From: an uncultured bacterium
Lineage (GTDB): Bacteria; Patescibacteriota; Saccharimonadia; UBA4664
Assembly (NCBI GenBank): GCA_963720265.1
Contig: CAVRET010000001.1
Location: 133,916 to 197,915, forward strand
Length of the DNA: 64,000 bases
Reading direction: 5' to 3'
The notes beneath the pieces are model-generated. The model saw nothing but the letters and a program-made list of their open reading frames with translations, was not told the DNA's origin and searched no databases. The position numbers and the translations under genes are program-made. Position 1 is the first letter of the stretch. Each line of letters starts with the position of its first letter. Below, one piece after another: positions 1 through 9,627 of the stretch.

Positions 1-279
1 CGGACTGTGGTTCGGATTGCAAAACCAGTGATTGTGCCCGGCGCTGATGTTTGGGCACAGCTAAGGTACTGTGAGGCCGGTGGTGACTATACCCGCAATA
101 CGGGCAACGGTTACTACGGTGCCTACCAGTTTAACCTTAGCACCTGGGCCGATTACGGCGGCTACGCGCGGCCGGATTTGGCCCCGCCGGCCGTCCAGGA
201 TGCCAAAGCCAAAGCCACCGAGGCCGCGCGCGGTTGGGCTCCTTGGCCTGCCTGTGCTCGTAAGCTCGGCTTGCAGTGA
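1..279 (+). CDS. Rpf-like transglycosylase-domain protein, C-terminal fragment (5' end outside window)
   Basis: Frame continues from position 1. Motif NTGNGYYGAYQF..STW matches the resuscitation-promoting-factor transglycosylase-like domain. Paralogous to 13820-14482. Confidence 0.6.
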   Translation, partial: RTVVRIAKPVIVPGADVWAQLRYCEAGGDYTRNTGNGYYGAYQFNLSTWADYGGYARPDLAPPAVQDAKAKATEAARGWAPWPACARKLGLQ

Positions 280-359
280 GCCGTCCGAAAGGCAATAATA
301 GTACCCCAAAAGCCCTTGTTGGCCGCGGGGTGCTATTTTTGTTGAATAAGTCCGGGTGA

Positions 360-394
360 CCCGTGGAGGAGCAGTAGCGCCAGCTCCTCCACGG
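360..394 (+). terminator. GC-rich hairpin (13-bp stem cccgtggaggagc/gctcctccacggg) followed by TATATTT
   Basis: Perfect inverted repeat read directly; lies 3' of the Rpf-like gene and 3' of the minus-strand gene ending at 452. Confidence 0.45.
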
Positions 395-451
395 GTATAT
401 TTGACGAATGCCCGGGGCGTCTTGTCCTTATTTGGGTCTGTCACTCGCCCC

Positions 452-1036
452 TTAGGCAGGTGGCCCGGCAAGGCATTCCGCCAGATCTTCACCGCGCCTG
501 GTGAGGCGCCATTGCTGCGGTTGGCTGGTGCCAATGGCGAAATAATCCCGAAGATCGTAGATGAACCCGGCGCGTACGAGCCACACCAGGACACTTTCAG
601 CTGCTATTTCACCACGGTCTGGTGCCGGTAGCTCGATTTCGGTCAGGGCGTGGTCGGCAGTGGCGAGGCTGTTGAAGATCCTCAGGTGCAGCGTTGTCGG
701 CAGCCCTAGGAGAGCATGTACGCCGAGGCGTTCGGCCCACTGGGCTCGCCAGATGCCTATGGCGTTGAGACGGTAGAGCCTCCGCAGCTGGGTGGCTGTG
801 CGTCCCGATAGATCAATCAGGCCGGTCTTGCTCAGCCGCTCAAGTGGTCTGCGCAATGCCTCTTCATTGCGGCCGATAGCGTTCGCGATGGCAGCTGCTG
901 AGACCGCCCGACCTTGCATGCCCAGAAGTTGATGCGCCACGACGTATTCGAGGCGTTCGGTACGCGGTCTTTCGGCCGCATCTTGTTCTGGTTCCACCTG
1001 CGCCCCTTCCAGATGCGATTTGAGTAGGCGCTGCAA
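452..1036 (-). CDS. hypothetical protein with N-terminal winged-helix-like region
   Basis: 194-aa ORF with codon-like composition and a MarR-like wHTH segment. No family assignment possible by eye. Confidence 0.4.
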   Translation of the reverse strand: MQRLLKSHLEGAQVEPEQDAAERPRTERLEYVVAHQLLGMQGRAVSAAAIANAIGRNEEALRRPLERLSKTGLIDLSGRTATQLRRLYRLNAIGIWRAQWAERLGVHALLGLPTTLHLRIFNSLATADHALTEIELPAPDRGEIAAESVLVWLVRAGFIYDLRDYFAIGTSQPQQWRLTRRGEDLAECLAGPPA

Positions 1037-1319
1037 TTATAGCCTATTTGTCTGAGACGGCTGTTCCCTGTGTCATTGCCACGGAATAGGCCTGTTGGAG
1101 GCCGGTAAGCTCACGGCCGGCGAGATTGTGCTCATAATTTAGGAAAGCTAGATATGTGGCGGCGCCGATAATGAGCAGGACGGCCCTGGCCACTAGCGCA
1201 CAACCCACTGGCCGGCGCCGAGGTTGCGGACTTTGCCTGTTGGAGGATGCGTCAATTGACTGAGCGTATATGGGTATTCGGCATTTTGGAAAGAAAGTTT
1301 AGAGATCTGCATAAAAAGT

Positions 1320-1349
1320 GTTGACAATCCTCACAAAGTGTGTTAACAT
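1320..1349 (+). promoter_or_regulatory. sigma70-like promoter candidate (TTGACA, 17-nt spacer, TAACAT)
   Basis: Hexamers read directly. No plus-strand CDS follows before the terminator at about 1533-1582. Confidence 0.3.
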
Positions 1350-1585
1350 TCTGATCATACCTTTTTCCAAAGGTACGAACCACACAAATATACCACTTAT
1401 TCGCCTGATGCAATACCTGAATGCACCCTCCTTTAGGTATTCAGCAGCAGGCGGATGAGTCCCTTCAATCCGATGCCCTTATTCTAGCGCATTGAACAAA
1501 ACGCCTTGCGGCGCGGTTGAAGGGTGCCATAAAGGCCCGAGCTAAGGACGTGACCACCCACGTTCCGGCGCTCGGGCCTTTATTG
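1350..1585 (+). ncRNA. candidate small non-coding RNA (promoter-to-terminator unit without ORF)
   Basis: About 230 nt between the promoter-like element and a strong terminator (aaaggcccgagc...gctcgggccttt + T-run). Largest ORF is about 16 codons. Internal hairpin aatacctgaa..ttaggtatt. Confidence 0.25.
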
Positions 1586-1590
1586 TGGTT
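1533..1590. terminator. rho-independent terminator hairpin (likely bidirectional)
   Basis: 12-bp stem aaaggcccgagc / gctcgggccttt followed by ttattgtggtttt. Also lies 3' of the minus-strand gene ending at 1673. Confidence 0.5.
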
Positions 1591-1672
1591 TTGTAATTAG
1601 TGCTAAAGATGACGAAGGCTTCGCCGCGGCTGGGTGGCGGGCGGCGAAGCCTTCTTTCATTGGGCGCTCTGC

Positions 1673-2377
1673 TTAGTTGTGGCCGGGTGGTCTGCCTCTC
1701 ACGAGCAACCCGCGCCCGACGAGCTGCATGAATGTTCCTGCGGTGAGGCTGAATTCGCTGATAAGCGGGTCGGACGGCAAAGTTGCTTCGATGAGCCACT
1801 GCGGCAGGTCTTGATCGCGGATCATGGTAACCAGTTCCAGATGAACCCAGGTAGTGTCGAGCCCATCGATCGTGATTGGGAACTCAAGTACCCGGAAGAT
1901 GGCAACAGGGTGTTCTGGGCCGCGGACGGGGTTAACTCCCATCTCAGCTTCGAGCAGGGCTGTCCATTCGTCGCCCTGCGAGATGCGCCGGCTAACCCAG
2001 ATGACGGCCGCACTGGTGTTGGCTGTGCCAATCAGTACCAGCCTGTTGCTGTCCGCCATGGCACGGAACTCATCGGCACGGAAGTGGTTGCTGTCGAAGG
2101 CGGTATGCCGACTGCGGCGGAACCAGGACGGTAGTTGGGATGACCCCGGGTCGACGAAGCCGGTTAGTCCGTCGTTGATCAGGAGGCGCAGACTGACGGT
2201 AATCATCCGACAGTTGCGGACGTTATCGTTATAGGTACCGATGACCTCGAGTACGACATCAGCGTCGTCTGGTTGGTCGGCAGGGGCTCGGAGCCACCAT
2301 TGCTGACCGCTAGCGACGTTTTCCTCCATCCAGGCGGCCATTTCTGCCCGCGTATACCCGGGCCCTTGGTTGCCCAT
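1673..2377 (-). CDS. hypothetical protein
   Basis: 234-aa ORF of good coding quality. No recognisable motif. Confidence 0.45.
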   Translation of the reverse strand: MGNQGPGYTRAEMAAWMEENVASGQQWWLRAPADQPDDADVVLEVIGTYNDNVRNCRMITVSLRLLINDGLTGFVDPGSSQLPSWFRRSRHTAFDSNHFRADEFRAMADSNRLVLIGTANTSAAVIWVSRRISQGDEWTALLEAEMGVNPVRGPEHPVAIFRVLEFPITIDGLDTTWVHLELVTMIRDQDLPQWLIEATLPSDPLISEFSLTAGTFMQLVGRGLLVRGRPPGHN

Positions 2378-2439
2378 GTCCTCCCCTTCCAGGGTCGGCT
2401 GTACTCGGTTCTGTGGACCTACCTATTAAAGCATAAAAA

Positions 2440-3000
2440 TTACGATTGTCCAGGCAAAAGTTCGAATGTGGACTCCGTTGGGGTAGTTTCCAGGTTCTCG
2501 GCGATGACATTCACGGCGGCGGTTATGACGGTGGACAGTTGAGCGCGTTCGTCTGGGTTGAAGGGTTTGAGTACGTAGCTTTCGCTTGGCTCGACGGCGC
2601 GGTTGTTCATACTGATGCCGATGCGCGCACGAACAAAATCCGGCCCAATGTGCTGGGTAATCGAGCGCAAGCCCTGGTGACCGCCGTCGCTGCCGCCGCT
2701 GCGCAGGCGTAGCCGGCCGAACGGCGTGTCGAGATCATCACAGACGACCCAAACATCGGCCGGGGCGATTTTGTAGAACTGCATGAGGCGTTGCACAGCC
2801 TCGCCGGACAGGTTCATGAAGGTTTGTGGTTTAGCCAAAATGAGGCCTTTATTATCGGCGATGTGGGCCTGGAATTTGGCTTCATTACGCCACGTGGCGG
2901 CCAGATTGGCAGTTAATTGGTCCACCACCATAAAGCCCAAGTTGTGCCGGGTATGAGCGTATTGCGGGCCGGGATTGCCAAGGCCTACGACAAGTTTCAT
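2440..3000 (-). CDS. pth: peptidyl-tRNA hydrolase
   Basis: N-terminal MKLVVGLGNPG..Y..TRHN and the overall Pth pattern over 186 aa. Confidence 0.9.
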   Translation of the reverse strand: MKLVVGLGNPGPQYAHTRHNLGFMVVDQLTANLAATWRNEAKFQAHIADNKGLILAKPQTFMNLSGEAVQRLMQFYKIAPADVWVVCDDLDTPFGRLRLRSGGSDGGHQGLRSITQHIGPDFVRARIGISMNNRAVEPSESYVLKPFNPDERAQLSTVITAAVNVIAENLETTPTESTFELLPGQS

Positions 3001-4340
3001 GCCTTCTTTTTTCCCTTCCGCGAGTGGCTTTCGTGCTTGGCTTTGAATTCGAGCTTAATCGGTGTGCCGGTAAAGTCGAATTCCTCACGCAGGTGGTTTT
3101 CGAGGTAGCGGCGGTAGGTAAAGTGGACAAGGTCCGGGTAGGTGCCAAAAAACGTGAAGGTAGGTGGCGCCGTGGCGGTTTGCGTAACATAGTTGAGCTT
3201 GGGCTGACGACCTTTTGCGCCAGCCGGCGGGTGGGCGGCGGTTAGCGCAGCGAGCAAGCGGTTGAGTGGGCCGGTGGAAACTTGCACCAATTGGTGCTCA
3301 CGAATAGTGGTTGCAAGTTCGAACAGCTTACCGACGTGCAGGCCCTGGGTGGCTGAAGTGTAGATAAGTGGTGCCCACCAAGCGAATTGAAACTGCCGGC
3401 GTAGGTCGGCCGTTAGATGATCCTGGGTGTGTGCGTCTTTGTCGACCGCGTCCCACTTGTTCATAATGAGCATGAGGCCGCGGCCGGCTTCGGTAATGAG
3501 ACCGGCCAGGTGAAGGTCGCCGGCTACTGGGCCTTCAGTGGCGTCCATAACGAGGGCGCAGATGTCGGCTTCATGAATTGTGGTGATCGTGCGCAGCGAG
3601 CTAAATTTCTCAATGCCTTTGGCAATGCGGCCGCGGCGGCGGACTCCTGCAGTATCAATGACTTCAATCTCCTGCCCATGATATTTGAGGATGTGAGCGG
3701 CGGCGTCGCGCGTTGTGCCTGGCGTGGCCGAAACTATGGCCGATTGCTTACCAATGAGGCTGTTGAGCAGGCTGGATTTGCCGACATTGGGCCGGCCAAT
3801 GAGGGCGAGGCGCAAGGGGTGGTCGGCATCCTCGGCGCTGACATTCGGCAAATGCTCCGCAATGGCATCGAGTAAATCGCCTGTACCGCGGCTGTGAATG
3901 GCCGACACGCCGATCATGGGCTCAATGCCGAGACGGCGCCAGGATTCGAGCTCACTGCCGGCAGCGGTGTCGATTTTGCTGAGGGCCAAAACTACCGGTT
4001 TGCCGCTGGCCCGGGCGAGGCGTGCGGCTGCCTGGTCGTCGGTGGTGATAATGGTGGCGGCGTCGATCACCACCACAATTACACTGGCGGCCTTCGCTAC
4101 GGCTTTAATCTGGTCTTGCACCTGCAGCTCGATGTCGTCGGCCGCACGGCTAAGGCCGGCCGTGTCAACGAGCGTGAACGTACGACCGGACCAGTCCACG
4201 GTGCCATAGTTGGCATCTCTGGTGGTGCCGGCGGTTTCGTGCGTGATCGCTTGACGGCGTCCGGTCAGACGATTAAAGAGGCTCGATTTGCCAACGTTGG
4301 GGCGTCCGACGATGGCGACGAGCGGCAACTTGGTTACAGC
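2997..4340 (-). CDS. der: ribosome-associated GTPase Der (EngA), two GTPase domains
   Basis: Two G-domains (GRPNVGKSSLFN and GRPNVGKSSLLN) plus a KH-like C-terminus. Start placed at MAVTKLPLVAIVGRP (ATG 4340), not the overextended ORF. 4-bp overlap with pth. Confidence 0.9.
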   Translation of the reverse strand, partial: AVTKLPLVAIVGRPNVGKSSLFNRLTGRRQAITHETAGTTRDANYGTVDWSGRTFTLVDTAGLSRAADDIELQVQDQIKAVAKAASVIVVVIDAATIITTDDQAAARLARASGKPVVLALSKIDTAAGSELESWRRLGIEPMIGVSAIHSRGTGDLLDAIAEHLPNVSAEDADHPLRLALIGRPNVGKSSLLNSLIGKQSAIVSATPGTTRDAAAHILKYHGQEIEVIDTAGVRRRGRIAKGIEKFSSLRTITTIHEADICALVMDATEGPVAGDLHLAGLITEAGRGLMLIMNKWDAVDKDAHTQDHLTADLRRQFQFAWWAPLIYTSATQGLHVGKLFELATTIREHQLVQVSTGPLNRLLAALTAAHPPAGAKGRQPKLNYVTQTATAPPTFTFFGTYPDLVHFTYRRYLENHLREEFDFTGTPIKLEFKAKHESHSRKGKKKA

Positions 4341-5242
4341 CATTGCCAGTTTGTTCCAATCCAATTTACTAGTTGTTCGGTGGCGCCAAAGCGGTCGTTT
4401 GCACCCAGCACAACGGTTATGACTCCGTGCCCATTTATACGGGTAAGGCCGACGAAACATTCGCCGGCTCCTTCGGTGTACCCTGTTTTTATACCATAAA
4501 ATTGGCCGGACGCCAAGAGATCGTCGGTAGTAGTGAGCGGCAGTACTCGGTCAGCCTGGCTCGTGATGGTAGCAGATTGCTCGTCTACAGTGGTGCGGAT
4601 GAACGGATTGGTCAGCGCAAGTTGGGCAATCTTGACGAGCGCGGTGGCGGTGGCGTAGTTGTTTTGGTCAATCAGGCCACTGGGATTGGAGAAGTGCGTA
4701 TCGGTTATCCCCCACTCGGACATTTTGGCGTTCATCTCGGCAGCAAAGGCTTGTTGCGAGCCGGAGTCGGCAATGGCGAGAGCGTCGGCTGCATCGTCTT
4801 CGGAGTTAACGAGCAGGGCGGTAAGCAGGTCGCGCTCGGTGTATACCTCACCCTGGTGTAGGCCAATTGTCTCGTCGGCCGGATCATAGTTGGGAAGTTG
4901 CGGAATGGTGACCTTTTGATCCAGCGGGTGGCGGGAAATAATGACAAGCGCGGTTACAAGCTTGGTGAGGCTGGCGATCGGCCGTTTAGCATCAGGGTTT
5001 TGGGCATAGAGCACAGTACCGGTCGCAGTGTCAACGGCCAGGGCGCTGGCGGCGTCGAGGTTCAAGGGTTGACTGTCGTTTCGGACCGGTAGCGGCGCGA
5101 TTGTTGCCGGTGACGCGGCGGAGGCTTGGGGAGTGCCTGCGCCGGCGCTCCCGAGATGGGCCTGCCAACTCGCTGGCAACTGCGAGAAGCTACCCGAGAC
5201 CTGAAATACGAGAATCAGCAAGAGGGCAAGGATTTGGATCAT
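4334..5242 (-). CDS. D-alanyl-D-alanine carboxypeptidase (PBP5/S11 serine peptidase family)
   Basis: SLTKL (SxxK) active-site motif and signal peptide. Start at MIQILALLL gives an ATGA overlap with the upstream gene stop. Confidence 0.75.
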   Translation of the reverse strand: MIQILALLLILVFQVSGSFSQLPASWQAHLGSAGAGTPQASAASPATIAPLPVRNDSQPLNLDAASALAVDTATGTVLYAQNPDAKRPIASLTKLVTALVIISRHPLDQKVTIPQLPNYDPADETIGLHQGEVYTERDLLTALLVNSEDDAADALAIADSGSQQAFAAEMNAKMSEWGITDTHFSNPSGLIDQNNYATATALVKIAQLALTNPFIRTTVDEQSATITSQADRVLPLTTTDDLLASGQFYGIKTGYTEGAGECFVGLTRINGHGVITVVLGANDRFGATEQLVNWIGTNWQWL

Positions 5243-5901
5243 TGCGCTATGGTCTCCTGCCAAGCGCCGGTTGCGAGCGCACCGAGGGCGTATGGGCCGA
5301 TGTGTGTACGATGGAGGCGCTCAACACGGTAACCAAGGGCGCCAAACGTGCGGCGGAGCTGGCGATTGCGGCCCGTAATGAGGCTCACGGTAAGGTTGCG
5401 GCCGTGGGCGGCTTCGAGCGTGACATGGCTTATACCATCTTCAAGCAAAACTCCCTGCTCCAGACGCCTGCGGCTGTCGGGCGCAAACGGCTGCGATAGG
5501 GTCAGTTCGTAGATTTTACGTTTGCCGGCCGACGGGTGGCTATAGTGGTTAATGAACGCGCCGTCGTTTGAGAGCAGGAGCAGCCCGCTGGAATCACGGT
5601 CAAGCCGGCCGGCTAGGCGCAAGTTCTGAAAGTTGGCAGGCAGCAACTCGTATATCGTGGGCGAGCTGCCCTGACGAACGCGGCTTGATACGGCGCCTGT
5701 TGGTTTGTTGAACATGAGGTAGATGGTGGTTGACTGGGGTGTGAGCGGCGTGCCGTCGAGCCTGATGTCGGACGGTGCATCGATGGTTTCCCCAAGTAAT
5801 GCTTTCCGGCCGGCAATCGTAACCCGGCCGTCTTTAATGGCTGTGTCGGCGGCTCGTCTCGACAACCCGCTGGCTGCTGCTACAAACTGATTAATGCGCA
5901 C
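5239..5901 (-). CDS. pseudouridine synthase, RsuA/RluB family (S4 domain plus catalytic domain)
   Basis: N-terminal S4-like RINQFVAAASGLSRR, then catalytic motif GRLDRDSSGLLLLSND. Confidence 0.8.
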   Translation of the reverse strand: MRINQFVAAASGLSRRAADTAIKDGRVTIAGRKALLGETIDAPSDIRLDGTPLTPQSTTIYLMFNKPTGAVSSRVRQGSSPTIYELLPANFQNLRLAGRLDRDSSGLLLLSNDGAFINHYSHPSAGKRKIYELTLSQPFAPDSRRRLEQGVLLEDGISHVTLEAAHGRNLTVSLITGRNRQLRRTFGALGYRVERLHRTHIGPYALGALATGAWQETIAQ

Positions 5902-5917
5902 GCCCCGGAGGCCCTTG

Positions 5918-6370
5918 CTAACCGGCGGCTGGTGGTGCCTGCGGCGGAGGTGGCGGTGTGGCCGGCGGCACGGGTGAGGCTGCTGGAGCGGCGCCGCCCG
6001 GGGCGGCTCCGAGTTGCTCCTTTACCGAGTTCACAACGTCTTCAAGGGTTACTTGCGACTTGATCAAATACTTGTTGGCACCGAGTGATTCGCCGCGTTT
6101 GCGGTCGGCATCTTGGCTGAGTGCAGTCATCATAATGACCTTGGTCTCTTTCGTCTCAGGGGTGGAGCGAAGGATATCGAGCACGTCGAAACCGGAAATT
6201 TTGGGCATCATAACGTCGAGCACGATAAGGTCAGGCCGTTCGCGCACGGCCGTAGCTAACGCCTCTTCCCCATCCGAGGCCGTAATTACTTCATATGACT
6301 CGGCCGCAAAGCGGGCCGAATAGATCTCGCGGAGATTAACGTCGTCTTCAACTAGCAGAATCTTCGCCAT
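5918..6370 (-). CDS. stand-alone response-regulator receiver (CheY-like) with Pro-rich C-terminal tail
   Basis: MAKILLVEDD...DLIVLDVMMP...K receiver signature. No DNA-binding output domain. Start set at MAKIL (ATG 6370). Confidence 0.8.
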   Translation of the reverse strand: MAKILLVEDDVNLREIYSARFAAESYEVITASDGEEALATAVRERPDLIVLDVMMPKISGFDVLDILRSTPETKETKVIMMTALSQDADRKRGESLGANKYLIKSQVTLEDVVNSVKEQLGAAPGGAAPAASPVPPATPPPPPQAPPAAG

Positions 6371-6429
6371 TGGTGCTCTTATGGTATCTAATCGCCTTAT
6401 GCTTGGCAAGAGGGAAAGTGCCACACGCG

Positions 6430-8331
6430 TCAGGGATTTTGGTGGGGACCCGGTGGAGTGGTGGATGGAGTCACATATGAAGGGGCTGGTGACGCGGCGG
6501 TAGGCGCCGGGGCGGCTGACGCTGACACTGCGCCCACTTCATCAAGCGTTGGAACGGGCGTCGGAATGGCGGCCGGTACAGTCTGCGGCCCGGGACTAGG
6601 GGTCGGTAACGCGTTCGCCGGCTGCCCGCTGTTATCGCCGTCCTGAGGTGCGCCTTCGTTGGCAGCTGCTTGAGCTGTGGCAGCTTGCATCCGCTCGGCC
6701 TCGTCTTGGCTTAGGCGTGGCAGCAAAAACCGGAAGGTACTTCCCTGACCGGACTTGGATTCGACCCAGATGCGACCGTTAAATAGCTCAATTACACGTC
6801 GACACAAGTACAAACCAAGCCCGGTGCCGCCGATGGTACGGGTGGCAGAGTTATCGATGCGGTAGAATTTTTGGAACAAGTGCGGAATATCTTCCGGTGC
6901 AATACCAACCCCGGAGTCGGCCACGCTCACGGTTACTTCTTTGTCGTTACCGTCGAGCGATACTTTTACGCCGCCCTCGGGTGTAAATTTGATGGCGTTA
7001 TCAATCAGATTCATGACAACTTCGCGCAGGCGCTCAGGGTTCGCGGCAACATAGTAGAGCGGCGCAATAGCTTTGCCGGCTTGGCCACCGACTTGAAAAA
7101 CGAGGGTAAGTTTTTTCTTGCCCGCGGTGAACTGCATATCGTCGACCGCGCCTTGGAGCAATTTGCCAAGGTTCACGGCCTCGATTTTGGCGGCCAACTG
7201 GCCGTCTTCGGCCTTGGTGACCGAGAGTAGGTCGCGGAACAGATCGCCTAGATGCCGGATGGCATCATGGGCTTTTTCCAGGTAGACCTTGGCCCGATCG
7301 TCGATGGTGGCGACGTTTGAGTTCATCGCTAGCGAAATGTAGCCCTCAATTGCTGCCACAGGGGTACGCATCTCGTGGCTGGCTGTGGAAATGAACTCAT
7401 CTTTTTGGCGCTGGAGCTCTTTTTCCGTACTGATGTCGCGGAATAGCACGATGGCGCCGGACGGCTGGCCGTCGCTGCCGTAAATTGGCGAGACCGACAG
7501 GCTAAGCTGGGTCTTGTGCCCACCGCGCGAGCTCATGACGAGGTTGTCGCGCACCATGGTGGCCTGCTTTTTCCAGGCCTCGGTGAACGGATCGGTGAGC
7601 TCGTTGAGCGGCTTGTCGTCAGCGGTGCGAAGCTGGAGTACCAGATCGCAGTCGAGATTGAGGGCGCTGGCTTCGTCCCAGCCGGTGAGGGTTTGGGCGG
7701 CCGGATTAAACAAATGGATTTTGCGATCGCGGTCGATCACCATCACGCCTTCACCAATGTTGGCCACAATGGTTTCGGCCTTGAGTTGGCCGTCGGCCAG
7801 CGACGTAATGACCGGCACACCTGGTCCGCGATTGCGCATACTTACCCATTGCGCGAGGCCGCCTGCCCCCAGGGTGATGGCGAGCTGAATAAGGTGGTCG
7901 CGTAGATAGGGCGCATGTAAGCCTTCTGACACGAGAACCGCAATGTAATATACAAGCGTTAACGCTACCATCATGGCAACTTCGCGGGCGCCAAACAGTC
8001 CGGCCGCCACAATCGCAAGCAGCCAGAGCGAGTAATAGGGCGAATCCAGCCCGCCGGTCGCTACGATGACAAGCGCGATGTTGGCAGCCGAGATAATGCT
8101 CAAGGCGAGCGTGGAGGCGGCCGGCCAGCGGCGACTGAGGACTTGGTGCAAGGTGCCATAGTAGACGGCTGCGGCCACCCCGAGCAGTGCAGCTATGAGC
8201 GAGACACTGGGGTCGGATAGTGTGCTTGGGCGCAAGTTGTAGACAGCAAAAATCACAACGGCAGTGAAGCCGCTCAGGATTGCTTGGACGAGCGCCAAAA
8301 TTCTGAGGCTGCGATACTTCTCCGCACTCAT
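6430..8331 (-). CDS. sensor histidine kinase (multi-TM N-terminus, PAS, HisKA, HATPase_c, Pro/Ala-rich tail)
   Basis: H-box SHEMRTPVAAIEGY, N/G-box (NLIDNAIKFT, DSGVGI, GTGLGL), hydrophobic N-terminal helices. Confidence 0.85.
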   Translation of the reverse strand: MSAEKYRSLRILALVQAILSGFTAVVIFAVYNLRPSTLSDPSVSLIAALLGVAAAVYYGTLHQVLSRRWPAASTLALSIISAANIALVIVATGGLDSPYYSLWLLAIVAAGLFGAREVAMMVALTLVYYIAVLVSEGLHAPYLRDHLIQLAITLGAGGLAQWVSMRNRGPGVPVITSLADGQLKAETIVANIGEGVMVIDRDRKIHLFNPAAQTLTGWDEASALNLDCDLVLQLRTADDKPLNELTDPFTEAWKKQATMVRDNLVMSSRGGHKTQLSLSVSPIYGSDGQPSGAIVLFRDISTEKELQRQKDEFISTASHEMRTPVAAIEGYISLAMNSNVATIDDRAKVYLEKAHDAIRHLGDLFRDLLSVTKAEDGQLAAKIEAVNLGKLLQGAVDDMQFTAGKKKLTLVFQVGGQAGKAIAPLYYVAANPERLREVVMNLIDNAIKFTPEGGVKVSLDGNDKEVTVSVADSGVGIAPEDIPHLFQKFYRIDNSATRTIGGTGLGLYLCRRVIELFNGRIWVESKSGQGSTFRFLLPRLSQDEAERMQAATAQAAANEGAPQDGDNSGQPANALPTPSPGPQTVPAAIPTPVPTLDEVGAVSASAAPAPTAASPAPSYVTPSTTPPGPHQNP

Positions 8332-8403
8332 AATGCTTGCGGTTAATTATGCGCTTTGCGGCCTCTGTGAGCAAGCGGAGAAATCTGTATTCTCAGGAGG
8401 GGT

Positions 8404-9330
8404 TTAAAACCACTTATTGCGCTTAAACAGCCAGGCGCATACGCCCACTAGCACCAGAATGAACCCAGAGATGATCCAAAACGCGAATCTGGTGTGCATG
8501 AGAGGCGTCACGACATTCATGGAGTATATGCTCGTGATGATGGTTGGTATGGTCATAAGAATGGTGATTGAGGTCAGGAGCTTGAAAATGCGGTTTAGGT
8601 TGTTGGCCATGATGGTGGAGTAGGCTTCGCGGATGTTCACGATGGTGGCGAGACGCGACTTGGTGAGGTCGATGAGCTCTGAAATACCAAGGCTTAGATC
8701 TTCAATGAGGTCTTCGTCTTCGTCAAACAACCGGAAATAACGGCCGCTCAGGAGGCCTCGTAACACTGAGGCTGTGGGTACGAGGCCGGACAGGAAGTCG
8801 GCAAGCGTTTCCTCGATGTCGATGAAGGTGACGAAATCACGGTTGGAAATCTCCTCTTTTTTGAGCCCAGCGCGAATTTGGAAAATGGTCTTGGAAATGG
8901 CATTGAGGTGATAGGCGTAGCTGGCCCGCACTTCATCGAGTATGCGCAGCACGAGCTTGGTCTTTTGCGTGGTCACAAGCGCGTCCCGACCGGTGGTGAG
9001 ATGCTCAAGCCCGGCAAAGGTTTTGGGCGAAATGGTGATGACGTGCTGCTTGGCATACACGATAAGCAGCGGCGCGGTGTGGATGTGGCCGCCGTCGTTG
9101 TAGCAAAAACGCGTGTAGATATAGGTGGCGCCGGCTTCGCTTTCGATACGGGGCGACTCGTGCACGTCGATGCCGTCCTGCAGCAGGCCGTGGTCGAGGC
9201 CGTAGGTCTCGGCCAGCTCAGCGAGCTCAGCTTCCAGCGGCGCGGCCGCGTTGATCCAGCTGCCGACCTTGGGCGTGGTCAGGATTCGGAGCTTCTCGGA
9301 ACGGATGTGGCGATAAAAGATTTGCACCAT
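8404..9330 (-). CDS. corA: CorA-family magnesium/cobalt transporter
   Basis: Two C-terminal TM helices with YSMNV (GMN-type) motif. About 308 aa with the CorA cytoplasmic-domain pattern. Confidence 0.75.
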   Translation of the reverse strand: MVQIFYRHIRSEKLRILTTPKVGSWINAAAPLEAELAELAETYGLDHGLLQDGIDVHESPRIESEAGATYIYTRFCYNDGGHIHTAPLLIVYAKQHVITISPKTFAGLEHLTTGRDALVTTQKTKLVLRILDEVRASYAYHLNAISKTIFQIRAGLKKEEISNRDFVTFIDIEETLADFLSGLVPTASVLRGLLSGRYFRLFDEDEDLIEDLSLGISELIDLTKSRLATIVNIREAYSTIMANNLNRIFKLLTSITILMTIPTIITSIYSMNVVTPLMHTRFAFWIISGFILVLVGVCAWLFKRNKWF

Positions 9331-9489
9331 AATGCAATCTCCCCGGTTTTACGGTTGTTTATCTAGCGTTAATGTTATTACTTCGGACAGCCCGATTGCG
9401 GGCGAAATGTTACTACTATTGTAGAATGATTGAATTTTAAAGTCAATGGACAAACCTGGCCGTTTTTGCTACACTTGGCCGAGTCATAT

Positions 9490-9565
9490 GGTCCCATCGT
9501 CTAGCGGTCCAGGACGCCGCCCTCTCACGGCGGAAACAGGGGTTCGATTCCCCTTGGGACTACCA
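9490..9565 (+). tRNA. tRNA-Glu (anticodon CUC), CCA encoded
   Basis: Cloverleaf read by eye: acceptor GGTCCCA/TGGGACT, anticodon loop CTCTCAC, T-loop GGTTCGATTCC. Close to E. coli tRNA-Glu. Confidence 0.85.
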
Positions 9566-9627
9566 GTAATTATTTGTCTTTGAGGCTAGTGTTCATAGTC
9601 TACAGATTTGATTTTCTGTGTTGCTAT

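Noticed and set aside
61-594. 177-aa minus-strand ORF and 71-298 plus ORF overlapping the Rpf-like gene
   Set aside because: Antisense or alternate-frame to a motif-supported gene. Pro/Gly/Arg-rich composition typical of high-GC shadow ORFs.
7751-8374. 207-aa minus-strand ORF overlapping the histidine kinase N-terminus
   Set aside because: Alternate frame of a well-supported HK gene. Cys/Arg/His-rich low-complexity translation.
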